DNA of 64,000 bases from Candidatus Latescibacterota bacterium (GTDB lineage: Bacteria > Latescibacterota > UBA2968). Made by a program: the position numbers and the translations under genes. The notes below the pieces were generated by a model. That model saw only the letters and a list, made by a program, of their open reading frames with translations, had not been told where the DNA came from and did not search any database. The stretch is taken from NCBI GenBank assembly GCA_965204375.1, contig OZ241986.1:5536001-5600000 (forward strand), written 5' to 3'. Below are positions 29,973 through 38,501 of this stretch, in pieces (position 1 is the first letter of the stretch; each line of letters opens with the position of its first letter).

Positions 29973-31049
29973 ATGGTCGGGATGGAGGCTCAATACAAGG
30001 ATGAAGCGCGGGAGGGTCCGCGGCATGCGGTTATTATGCTGGGGTTATTTTTCCTGCTTCTGATGGCGTTCGGTTTGAGTTTGTCGCTGGGGTCAGTTCA
30101 TATTCCGTTGGCGGGCTTGTTCGGCATTCTTACGGGCGGAGAAGTGTCTTCTCCTGCATGGGCGATTATTGTTCATTCGATTCGACTGCCAAAGGCGATT
30201 ACGGCTGTGCTGGCAGGCGTAGCGCTTTCTGTGAGTGGGTTGCAGATGCAAACGCTTTTTCGCAATCCGCTGGCAGATCCTTTTGTGCTGGGTATCAGTG
30301 CTGGCGCGAGTCTCGGCGTTGCGATTGTGGTGCTGACGGTGGGTTCGGTTGGTAGTGTGCTTATCGCCGGGTTGGGTTTCTTGGGGGATTTGGGTTTGGC
30401 GGTTGCGGCTATTATGGGTGCAGCCGCTGTGTTGGGGTGCGTACTGCTGGTTTCCCGCAGTGTGCAGAATGTGATGACGTTGCTGATTCTGGGGCTGATG
30501 TTCGGGTATGCGACGGGGGCTTTTGTCAGTATTTTGATTTATTTTAGCGTTCCCGAGCAGATACAGTCGTACATTTTGTGGACTTTTGGCAGTTTTGGCA
30601 GTGTGACCTGGCGACAAATGCCAGTGCTTATTTCTGCTATTTTTGTGGGTCTTTTGCTGGCGTTTTTGTGTATTAAACCGCTCAATGCGCTGTTGCTGGG
30701 AGAAAATTATGCGCGCAGTATGGGGCTGAATGTCAAGCGCATCCGTTTATGGATTTTGATCAGTGCGTCAATTCTGGCGGGCGCGACGACTGCTTTTTGC
30801 GGTCCGATTGCGTTTTTGGGGCTGGCTGTGCCGCATCTTTGTCGCAGTCTGTTGCATACGTCGGACCACCGCGTGCTTATGCCTGCGGTCACTTGCCTGG
30901 GGGCGACGCTGGCTCTGCTATCCGATCTGATTGCCCATCTGCCGGGTAGCCAATTTGTTTTGCCGCTGAATGCAGTGACGTCCCTGATTGGTGCTCCGAT
31001 TGTTATCTGGTTCGTTCTGCATCGTAGAAATTTGAGTCAGGCGTTTTAA
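29973..31049 (+). CDS. Cobalamin/Fe-complex ABC transporter permease (BtuC/FecCD)
   Basis: 'IRLP', 'Q..FRNPLADP..LG', 'G...A.S.G', 'G.I.F.GL.VPH'. Confidence 0.93.
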   Translation: MVGMEAQYKDEAREGPRHAVIMLGLFFLLLMAFGLSLSLGSVHIPLAGLFGILTGGEVSSPAWAIIVHSIRLPKAITAVLAGVALSVSGLQMQTLFRNPLADPFVLGISAGASLGVAIVVLTVGSVGSVLIAGLGFLGDLGLAVAAIMGAAAVLGCVLLVSRSVQNVMTLLILGLMFGYATGAFVSILIYFSVPEQIQSYILWTFGSFGSVTWRQMPVLISAIFVGLLLAFLCIKPLNALLLGENYARSMGLNVKRIRLWILISASILAGATTAFCGPIAFLGLAVPHLCRSLLHTSDHRVLMPAVTCLGATLALLSDLIAHLPGSQFVLPLNAVTSLIGAPIVIWFVLHRRNLSQAF

Positions 31050-31163
31050 TTTTTTAATTATTGATGCTCTGCTCGAGGGTTTCCAGCCAGCGATAGCCGT
31101 AGGTTGGGATGTTGGATGACGGCGGGGTTGTGTTGTTGGTAAACATGTTGAATCGTTTAAGTC

Positions 31164-31197
31164 TTGACAACAATGTGAGAATTGATTATCATTTCTC
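31164..31197 (+). promoter_or_regulatory. Leaderless sigma-70 promoter with overlapping Fur-family operator
   Basis: TTGACA(31164)-17 bp-TATCAT(31187), 6 nt before ATG 31199, no SD; 10-1-10 palindrome GAGAATTGAT-T-ATCATTTCTC (31177-31197). Confidence 0.8.
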
Positions 31198-31198
31198 C

Positions 31199-31600
31199 AT
31201 GCAAAGAACGAATCAACAGCAAAGAGCGAATCAACAGCAGACCGTCTTGCGAGCCCTTGGCGAGGCGGACGGCCCCCTATCCGCCAGAGAACTGTGGAGC
31301 CGCCTGATCGGAAGCGGAAAGAGTGTCGGTCTCGCCACGGTATACCGCGCGCTCCAACGGGGTGTTGAGGAAGGCACGCTGGAGGCGGTCGAGGTGTTGG
31401 GCCGCGGCGTTCGGTACGAGCCCAAGGGCCGCGAGCATCACCATCACTTTCTTTGCTCGACCTGCGACCACGCGTTCGACCTCTTCGGTTGCGTCGAGGG
31501 CCTCGATTCCCTGGTTCCAGACGGGTTTCAGATGACGGGACATGAGGTGGTGTTGCTCGGAACCTGTGATGCGTGTGGCAATGCGGAAGGAGGGTGCTGA
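31199..31600 (+). CDS. Fur family transcriptional repressor (Zur/Nur-like)
   Basis: 'VGLATVYRAL', 'HHHHFLC..C', C-terminal 'G.C..C'. Confidence 0.92.
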   Translation: MQRTNQQQRANQQQTVLRALGEADGPLSARELWSRLIGSGKSVGLATVYRALQRGVEEGTLEAVEVLGRGVRYEPKGREHHHHFLCSTCDHAFDLFGCVEGLDSLVPDGFQMTGHEVVLLGTCDACGNAEGGC

Positions 31601-32280
31601 TGCATCTAGCAGAAGGTGTGCTTCCGCTCAGCCAAGCCATCGCGTGGAGTGCCCTGGCCGGACCCACTGTCTTTTGGAGCCTTCGTGGAGAGCAACGAAC
31701 GCGACGCAACACACCGTCGTCCTCGGTCATCATGGCGGGCGCCACGAGCCTGCTCTTTGCCGGCACTCTGCTGCCGCTACCGGTCCCCGTCGTGGGCGCA
31801 ACCAGTCACATCTGTCTTACGCCGGTGCTCGCCCTGGTCGTCGGCGTCCGCCGCATCGTGTGGCCCACGTTCTTCGTTCTCTTGCTGCAGGCGGTCTTCT
31901 TCGCTCACGGTGGGCTCACGACGCTGGGGGTCAACATCCTGACGCTCGGACTGCTGGGGCCTCTGACGACCGTTGGGCTTTGGGCTTTGCTCCGGCGGCT
32001 CGGTGTAGACGGGACTTTTCGCCTCGCTCTCGCATGTGGCGTCGGCGGCCTGAGCGTATATGTGGCGGACGCCGTGGTGCTCGCCGTGGCGTTGTCCGAT
32101 GTGACAGCGCCTGCGACGACCTTCGGCGCGGTGCTGCTCGGGTTTGCCCCTGTCCAGATCCCCTTGGCGGTTCTTGAAGCCGTCGCCTCCGTCGGCATTG
32201 TACGGCTGTTGGTCACACGTCGGCCAGACCTCCTGCCGAACTCGCTGAGTGCATCGTGGCGTAAGTCTTTCAGCATATAG
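31600..32280 (+). CDS. cbiM: CbiM-type ECF substrate component; C-terminus supplied by the MITE
   Basis: N-terminal 'MHLAEG', 'TSH', 'QA.FFAHGGLTTLG.N', 'Q.PLA..E'. Confidence 0.9.
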   Translation: MHLAEGVLPLSQAIAWSALAGPTVFWSLRGEQRTRRNTPSSSVIMAGATSLLFAGTLLPLPVPVVGATSHICLTPVLALVVGVRRIVWPTFFVLLLQAVFFAHGGLTTLGVNILTLGLLGPLTTVGLWALLRRLGVDGTFRLALACGVGGLSVYVADAVVLAVALSDVTAPATTFGAVLLGFAPVQIPLAVLEAVASVGIVRLLVTRRPDLLPNSLSASWRKSFSI

Positions 32281-32409
32281 ATTGCAGTCACTCTTGCACA
32301 CTGACGGTTTAAAACCTTCTGGACTACCTGCCTGTTGGCAGACAGGCGGCTTAAACCATGCCGTAATGACATAGGATTTATATGCACAATTTTTTTTGCC
32401 GAGATGCAC
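32249..32409. mobile_element. MITE of about 160 bp with nested REP-like repeats
   Basis: Colinear imperfect TIRs (A)GTGCATC..GGC....GCATATA / TATATGC....GCC..GATGCAC(T); CTGAG on both sides; AT-rich within a GC-rich island. Confidence 0.88.
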
Positions 32410-32687
32410 TGAGGAAGCTTCGCACCGTGTCCGCGCCCCTTGTGTACGTCATGCTTCTGTTGCTCGTGATCGGCCTGTCGGGATGTGGCTATGAAGGCAT
32501 CGATGGAACCGTATTCGGTGCGACCGCGGAGGAGGGGGGGCGACCGCCTACAGAGAGCATCTTCGACCTGAGCCAGGGGGAGATCGGGCTCGCGATGTCG
32601 ATCCTCATACTCTTCGGAATGGGATTTATCGCAGGGCGCTGCTGGGAACGAGTGCTCGGAGGAAAGCGCGATGCACCTCCACGCTGA
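32382..32687 (+). CDS. CbiN-like small membrane component; start codon supplied by the MITE
   Basis: Two hydrophobic segments with a 'EGIDG' loop and 'G..GFIAG..W'; in frame with cbiM once the MITE is removed. Confidence 0.7.
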   Translation: MHNFFCRDALRKLRTVSAPLVYVMLLLLVIGLSGCGYEGIDGTVFGATAEEGGRPPTESIFDLSQGEIGLAMSILILFGMGFIAGRCWERVLGGKRDAPPR

Positions 32688-34005
32688 GCACTCTCTGTTC
32701 TTCGAGTGCCGCCAACCGCTATGGGTTGCGGCATTGGGTATCGCGCTGACCAGCAGCGTACTGATCGTCAACGCAGGCGCACGCAGTACCACCTTGTCCC
32801 TGATCGGCTCAGGGATCGGCGCGGTGCTTCTGCTGTTCGCACGTGCCCGTGGACACCGAAGGATCAAGCCTGCCCTCGCGTGGATCTTGGCCATCGTGGC
32901 GCTCGCACTGCTTGGTGGGGTCGCCCTGGATTCCAACGCGGATGTCATCGTCCAAACGAGCGTCAGGGTCTTGTGTGGCACTATCTGGATCCTCTGGCTT
33001 GGCACTCAGGTTGACTGGGCGTCGTTGCGACAACTCCTGCTTTGGCTTCGGATTCCTGAGGGCGTCGTGGCCAGCCTTGACCACGCGCTCATGCACGGTG
33101 TTCTCACCCAGCGTGAGTGGATTCAGCGGCGTGACGCGGCTCGCCTCCGCCTGGGGTCCCCGCGTTTGCCTCTGGCCGCCTGGGGACCGCTGCTCGGCGA
33201 AGGTGCCCTGCATGCCTTCGCGCGCCTCGAACGTGCTGAGGAGAACGCACTGCTGCGCAGTGCCTCTTGCGAAGACGTTCGGGCTCATGACGGCGTCCAC
33301 CTCGATGCCATCGACGTCGAACGCAGTGGGCAGTTGGTGCTTGAGCAGCTCGAACTTCGCTTGGCAAGAGCGGAGTGGCTGCTCGTGTGTGGGCCAAGTG
33401 GAGCTGGAAAAACGAGCTTATTGCGCCTGCTCGCGGGGCTCGACGGACCCGCGCAAGGGACCATGACTCGCCTCGGAAACCACGTGTCGCCCGATGCGAC
33501 GCTCCGCGCCCGGCTCCACGGACGCGTGGCGCTTCTCGACCAGAACCCAGAACACCACTTCATCGCAAGCACCGTCGCCGAGGACATTGCTTGGGGCCTG
33601 CTTCGTCGTGGCGTTGAGGCAGGCGAGGCGCGATGTCGCTCCCGCGAGGTGGCGATGGCCTTGCGCATAGACCATCTGCTGGAGCGTCCGTGTCATCAGC
33701 TCAGCTTCGGGGAGCAACGCCGGGTTGCGCTCGCCGGTCTCCTGGTGCTCGAGCCCGCGTTGCTGCTCCTCGACGAGCCCACGGCCGGGCTCGATCCCGT
33801 CGCGGCCCATGAGCTCCGCACGCTCGTTGTAGAGTCTGTTCGTCGGACGAGCGCAACGTGCGTCTGGGCAACCCACTGCCTTCATTCACTGCCATCCCAG
33901 GCAACGCGCGTCGTCTTACTGCGAGACCGGCGGCTGCTCTTCGATGGATCTACGGCAGAAGGGCTGTCGAAACCGTGGCTCATCCGGGCTGGTCTCGCTG
34001 TCTGA
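32671..34005 (+). CDS. Fused ECF T component (CbiQ-like) and ABC ATPase (CbiO-like)
   Basis: Hydrophobic N-half with 'ARLR'/'LLRS' T-component-like motifs; 'GPSGAGKT', 'QNPE', 'LSFGEQRR', 'LDEPT'. Confidence 0.8.
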   Translation: MHLHAEHSLFFECRQPLWVAALGIALTSSVLIVNAGARSTTLSLIGSGIGAVLLLFARARGHRRIKPALAWILAIVALALLGGVALDSNADVIVQTSVRVLCGTIWILWLGTQVDWASLRQLLLWLRIPEGVVASLDHALMHGVLTQREWIQRRDAARLRLGSPRLPLAAWGPLLGEGALHAFARLERAEENALLRSASCEDVRAHDGVHLDAIDVERSGQLVLEQLELRLARAEWLLVCGPSGAGKTSLLRLLAGLDGPAQGTMTRLGNHVSPDATLRARLHGRVALLDQNPEHHFIASTVAEDIAWGLLRRGVEAGEARCRSREVAMALRIDHLLERPCHQLSFGEQRRVALAGLLVLEPALLLLDEPTAGLDPVAAHELRTLVVESVRRTSATCVWATHCLHSLPSQATRVVLLRDRRLLFDGSTAEGLSKPWLIRAGLAV

Positions 34006-34090
34006 AGGGAGAATAGAACGTATGTTGATCGGCACATCACACCCGAACCTCGAAATTCCAATATTCGTACCTCTGATCCAGGAGAACTAG

Positions 34091-35437
34091 ATGAACACAC
34101 CACGAAAAGTACCTGTTTCCATCCTCACCGGCTTCCTCGGCTCTGGCAAGACGACCCTGCTCAACCGGATCTTGAGTGAAGAGCATGGCAAGCGCATTGC
34201 TGTGATCGAGAACGAGTACGGGGAGGTCGGCATCGATAATGCGCTCGTCATCAATGCTGACGAGGAGATCTTCGAAATGTCGAACGGCTGCATCTGCTGC
34301 ACGGTGCGCGGAGACCTGATTCGCGTGCTCGGCAACCTCATGAAGCGCCGAGACAAGTTCGACTACGTGTTGGTGGAGACCACGGGGCTCGCCGATCCCG
34401 GTCCGGTCGCTCAAACCTTCTTCATGGACGACGAGATTCGCGCGGAGTTCGCGCTTGACGGGATCGTCACGCTCGTCGACGCAGCCCACATCGAGCAGCA
34501 GATCGGACGAAGCGACGAGAGCACGGAACAGATCGCGTTCGCGGACGTCCTTGTTCTTAACAAGACGGACCTCGTCGACGGCGAGGTGCTCGACAGGCTC
34601 GAGGCTCGGCTCCAGGACATGAACCGAATGGCGCAAGTCGTGCGTAGCGAGCGGGCGAACGTCTCCATTGACACGGTACTCAACCTCGGTGCCTTCGACC
34701 TGGACCAGGTGCTCGAGCGTCGTCCCGCCTTCCTCGAGCCGGAGTATCCGTTCGAATGGACTGGCGTCTATTCGCTCGATAGCGGCCGCTACGAACTCAG
34801 CCTCGCCGATGGACCTGATCCGGCGATGTCGCTCGTCGTCGTGTCCGACCAGGGCACGGATGACGTTGCCCTCCGTGAGGGTGCGGAGTGGTGTGTGCGG
34901 CGGTACGCCGAACCTGCGGAGCTCATTCGCCCGGGGGAAGAGATTCCTGTCGGAAAGCATGTGAACCTCCGGCTCGATTCCGCAGGGCGCAAGTCGTTCT
35001 TCTTCGAGGTCGATACACAGGTGCGGGTTGGCCTCTACGCCCAGCATACCGCGGAGGAGTTCGATCTCCAACTGACGAACGCGGAAGGAGCGACAATCAA
35101 GCAAGAGGTCGAGCGCACCTGGATCGCACAGCACGAGCACGACGACGAGGTGGGCTCGTTCGCGATCGAGAGGGACGGCGACGTAGATCCCGAAAGGCTG
35201 GACGTCTGGCTTGGCGAACTGCTCCGTGAGCGCGGGGTGGACATCTTCCGAATGAAGGGTTTCATCAGCCTCGCGGGTGAGTCGTGTCGCTTCGTCTTCC
35301 AGGGGGTTCACATGCTCTTTGACGGCCAGCCGGAACGCCCATGGGGAGATTCGCCCCGGCGCAATCAACTCGTCTTCATCGGCCGCAACCTCGATGAGCA
35401 GAGCATGCGGCAGGGATTCGAGGCATGTCTGATTTGA
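34091..35437 (+). CDS. COG0523/CobW family GTPase metallochaperone with internal extra domain
   Basis: 'TGFLGSGKTT', 'NGCICC', 'ETTG', 'NKTD', CobW_C 'R.KG...FQGV...LVFIG'. Confidence 0.93.
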   Translation: MNTPRKVPVSILTGFLGSGKTTLLNRILSEEHGKRIAVIENEYGEVGIDNALVINADEEIFEMSNGCICCTVRGDLIRVLGNLMKRRDKFDYVLVETTGLADPGPVAQTFFMDDEIRAEFALDGIVTLVDAAHIEQQIGRSDESTEQIAFADVLVLNKTDLVDGEVLDRLEARLQDMNRMAQVVRSERANVSIDTVLNLGAFDLDQVLERRPAFLEPEYPFEWTGVYSLDSGRYELSLADGPDPAMSLVVVSDQGTDDVALREGAEWCVRRYAEPAELIRPGEEIPVGKHVNLRLDSAGRKSFFFEVDTQVRVGLYAQHTAEEFDLQLTNAEGATIKQEVERTWIAQHEHDDEVGSFAIERDGDVDPERLDVWLGELLRERGVDIFRMKGFISLAGESCRFVFQGVHMLFDGQPERPWGDSPRRNQLVFIGRNLDEQSMRQGFEACLI

Positions 35438-36465
35438 ATGTCGCCAGACCAAAGGGTGTTCTTCGTCGAGGCTGGTCTGCGGTGGTCGGCGACTACGCCA
35501 TCGCCGGGGGCTGGGCCCTCCGCGGTGAGGCGCTGGTGGTCGGTGACTCCGCAGGTGGCATCTACGCGTTCGACGGCAAGTCCGGCGCAAGTGCCTGGCA
35601 GGGGGCTCATGATGGCGGTGTGCTCGCGATGGCGATCCACCCAAGCGGAACCGCGTTCGCTACGGCTGGTCAGGACGGGCGAGTCCTTATCTGGGGTGTC
35701 GCCGAAGGTCAGGTAAAACAGGCTATTGATGTCGGCAGCGATTGGGTGGAGAACGTGGCGTGGTCGCCGGACGGCCAATGGCTGGCGGCCTCCTGCTCCC
35801 GGCAGGTTCGCGCGTATGGTGCGGACGGCGGAGAAGTCTGGCGATCTGATGATCACCCCAGCACCGTCAGCGCGATCGCCTGGTCCAGTGCAGAGGAGCT
35901 GGCGACGGCCTGTTATGGTCGGGTGACGTTCTTCGACGCATCTACTGGAGAGCTGTGCCAGACGCTGGAGTGGATGGGATCCTTGGTGTCGATGGTACTG
36001 AGCCCGGACGGGGATATCGTGGCCTGCGGCAGCCAGGACAAATCGGTGCATTTCTGGCGTCGCTCCACGGGGCAGGACTCGATGATGTCGGGATATCCTG
36101 CCAAGCCATCGGCCCTGGCCTTCGATGACACTGGCACCCTTTTGGCCACCGGCGGAAGCGAGGCGGTGACGGTCTGGAGCTTCCAGGGAAGAGGTCCCGA
36201 AGGCACGCGGCCCGGCGTTCTAGAACTTCATGTTCAAACTGTTACAACGCTCGCCTTCGCTCGCCGCGGGATGCGTTTGGCCTCGGGAGGTCGGGATGGC
36301 GGCGTAGTTGTGTGGTCACTTAGGCGCGACGGACAAGGCCTTCCGATAGGAGCTGCGCCTGTGGCAGATGTTGTCGGTGCCTTGTACTGGCGACCAGATG
36401 GACGCGCGCTTGCTGCGCTCGACGCTCAGGGTGGCGCGACGGTTTGGCGAGTGGGCAACAGGTGA
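35425..36465 (+). CDS. WD40-repeat protein
   Basis: Repeated 'H...V..(L/V)A(W/F)SPDG..LA.G..D..V..W'. Confidence 0.9.
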   Translation: MSDLNVARPKGVLRRGWSAVVGDYAIAGGWALRGEALVVGDSAGGIYAFDGKSGASAWQGAHDGGVLAMAIHPSGTAFATAGQDGRVLIWGVAEGQVKQAIDVGSDWVENVAWSPDGQWLAASCSRQVRAYGADGGEVWRSDDHPSTVSAIAWSSAEELATACYGRVTFFDASTGELCQTLEWMGSLVSMVLSPDGDIVACGSQDKSVHFWRRSTGQDSMMSGYPAKPSALAFDDTGTLLATGGSEAVTVWSFQGRGPEGTRPGVLELHVQTVTTLAFARRGMRLASGGRDGGVVVWSLRRDGQGLPIGAAPVADVVGALYWRPDGRALAALDAQGGATVWRVGNR

Positions 36466-36545
36466 AGCGCGACCGCAAACTGAATCGCCACCGGTTTAAA
36501 CGATTCGCTGTTGGATGTTATCACCCTTTAAGTGAGGAAACTAAA

Positions 36546-37766
36546 GTGCCCCTATCAGAGAGACTTCCCGTTACTGTCCTGTCCGGCTTTCTCGGCGCAG
36601 GCAAGACCACTCTTCTCAACAACTTGCTCAACAACCGCGAGGGCAAGCGCGTCGCGGTCATCGTCAACGACATGAGCGAGGTCAACATCGACGCGACGCT
36701 CGTTGAGCGCGGCGGTGCGGAACTCTCGCGGACCGAGGAGAAGCTGGTCGAGATGTCGAACGGCTGCATCTGCTGCACGTTGCGAGACGACCTGCTCGCC
36801 GAGGTCTCACGGCTCGCGCAGGAGGGACGCTTCGACTACCTGCTCATCGAGTCCACGGGGATCTCGGAGCCTATTCCCGTCGCGCAGACCTTCACCTTCG
36901 AGGACGAGAACGGTGTGAGCTTGGGTCAGGTTTCGCGCCTCGACACGATGGTCACAGTCGTGGACGCGGCGAGCTTCCTGCGGGACTACAACGCCGCCGA
37001 GGCGCTCCAGGACCGCGGTGAGTCGCTGGGCGAAGAAGATCACCGGACGGTGACCGACCTGCTTATCGACCAGATCGAGTTCGCCAATGTCATCGTGCTG
37101 AACAAGCTCGATCTCGTGAGCAACGATCAGGCTCTCGAGGTCGAGGCCATCGTGAAAGCGTTCAACCCCGGCGCGAAGGTCCTCCCGGCGACGCGCGCAC
37201 AGATCCCGCTCGAATGCGTGCTCGATACGGGCCTGTTCGACTACGAGAAGGCGGCGAGCTCCGCCGGCTGGATTCGAGAGCTTCAGGGTGAGCACACGCC
37301 GGAGACCGAGGAGTACGGGATCTCGAGCTTCACTTATCGGACGTCGCAGCCCTTCGACGCCGAGAAACTGTGGGCGCTCCTGCACGACGACGAGAACTGG
37401 AGCGGCGTGCTCCGCTCGAAGGGCTTCTTCTGGGTCGCCGCTGACCATCGGGTCCTCTACGAGTGGTCTCAAGCCGGCGGCGTCATCAACGTGAACCCCG
37501 TCGGGATGTGGTGGGCGGCCGTGCCTCGCGAACACTGGGGGCACCCCGAGGGTCAGCGACCTGACCAGCAGCCGGGCTGGCATCCTCGCTTCGGCGATCG
37601 CTCGCAGCAACTCGTATTCATCGGCCGGCAGATGCACGAGGCGGCGATGCGCGCTCGCCTCGACGCGTGCTTGCTCGACGAGCACCTCGCCGCGGCTAAC
37701 AGCAAGACCTGGGCAGGGTTCCGGAACCCGTTTCCGGAGCTTCTCATGGCCGAGGGGTCAGCATGA
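36546..37766 (+). CDS. COG0523 zinc metallochaperone GTPase (ZigA/YciC-like)
   Basis: '[16 protein letters not shown]', 'NDMSEVNID', 'NGCICC', 'ESTGISEP', '[10 protein letters not shown]', 'GDR.Q.LVFIG'. Confidence 0.93.
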   Translation: MPLSERLPVTVLSGFLGAGKTTLLNNLLNNREGKRVAVIVNDMSEVNIDATLVERGGAELSRTEEKLVEMSNGCICCTLRDDLLAEVSRLAQEGRFDYLLIESTGISEPIPVAQTFTFEDENGVSLGQVSRLDTMVTVVDAASFLRDYNAAEALQDRGESLGEEDHRTVTDLLIDQIEFANVIVLNKLDLVSNDQALEVEAIVKAFNPGAKVLPATRAQIPLECVLDTGLFDYEKAASSAGWIRELQGEHTPETEEYGISSFTYRTSQPFDAEKLWALLHDDENWSGVLRSKGFFWVAADHRVLYEWSQAGGVINVNPVGMWWAAVPREHWGHPEGQRPDQQPGWHPRFGDRSQQLVFIGRQMHEAAMRARLDACLLDEHLAAANSKTWAGFRNPFPELLMAEGSA

Positions 37767-37847
37767 CCGAAACTGCCTCATCCGTTCGATTTTGACGGCC
37801 TCGTAACATTTTGAAGTCACACATCGCGTTTTTTGAATACTATACTC

Positions 37848-38501
37848 ATGTTTGCACTTAAACACGTTGGGCATGTTTATGGCAGTCGTCTTGTATTGGA
37901 CTTGCCAGAATATATTGAAGCCAATCCCGGCGAAAAATGGCTGTTGCACGGGCCATCGGGGAGCGGCAAGACGACGCTTTTGCATATTATCGCCGGTTTG
38001 TTAAAGCCCTCACAGGGCAGTGTGCATATTGCCGAACAGGATATTTATGCACTGACAGAGACCGCTCGGGATCGATTTCGCGGGCAACGCATTGGCATTG
38101 TTTTTCAACAATTTCACCTGTTGCCCGTTTTTACGGTGCTGGAAAATTTGCTCATGGCGCATTATATGGCCGGTGTACCGCAGGACAAAACACATGTTCA
38201 ACAGGTGCTTGCGACACTCGGTCTGGCAGGTCGCGAACACGCCTATCCATCGGAACTGAGTTTTGGTCAACAACAGCGCGTGGCTATCGCCCGGGCTGTT
38301 ATTAACCGCCCCCAATTGTTGTTGGCCGATGAACCGACATCTGGATTGGATGACACGCGCAGCGAACAGGTGCTGGATTTGCTCACGTCATCGGCGCGCG
38401 AGGTTCAGGCAACTCTGGTGGTGGCTTCACATGATCATCGCATTACCGACAGGTTTGACCATTGTATTGCGCTCGATGAACAGATGGAATTGCCCGCATG
38501 A
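37848..38501 (+). CDS. ABC transporter ATP-binding protein (LolD/ZrgB-like)
   Basis: 'GPSGSGKTT', 'IG.VFQ.F.L', 'LSFGQQQRV', 'LADEPT'. Confidence 0.92.
   Translation: MFALKHVGHVYGSRLVLDLPEYIEANPGEKWLLHGPSGSGKTTLLHIIAGLLKPSQGSVHIAEQDIYALTETARDRFRGQRIGIVFQQFHLLPVFTVLENLLMAHYMAGVPQDKTHVQQVLATLGLAGREHAYPSELSFGQQQRVAIARAVINRPQLLLADEPTSGLDDTRSEQVLDLLTSSAREVQATLVVASHDHRITDRFDHCIALDEQMELPA

Larger units (their letters stand above)
31199..37800 (+). mobile_element. GC-rich horizontally acquired metal-homeostasis island (no integrase seen)
   Basis: Abrupt shift to C/G-ending codons (ctc, gcc, gtc, gag) relative to flanks; apparent truncated gene start ATGACCGAA at the right edge. Confidence 0.65.

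Noticed and set aside
31054-31146. 30-codon minus-strand ORF (MFTNNTTPPSSNIPTYGYRWLETLEQSINN) at the island's left edge
   Set aside because: It is too short to assign. It may be a truncated gene start, and no att site or integrase could be tied to it.
34037-35644. Long antisense ORFs in the GC-rich island (also 31905-33005 and 36807-37685)
   Set aside because: They are shadows of well-supported plus-strand genes in high-GC DNA and carry no recognisable motifs.
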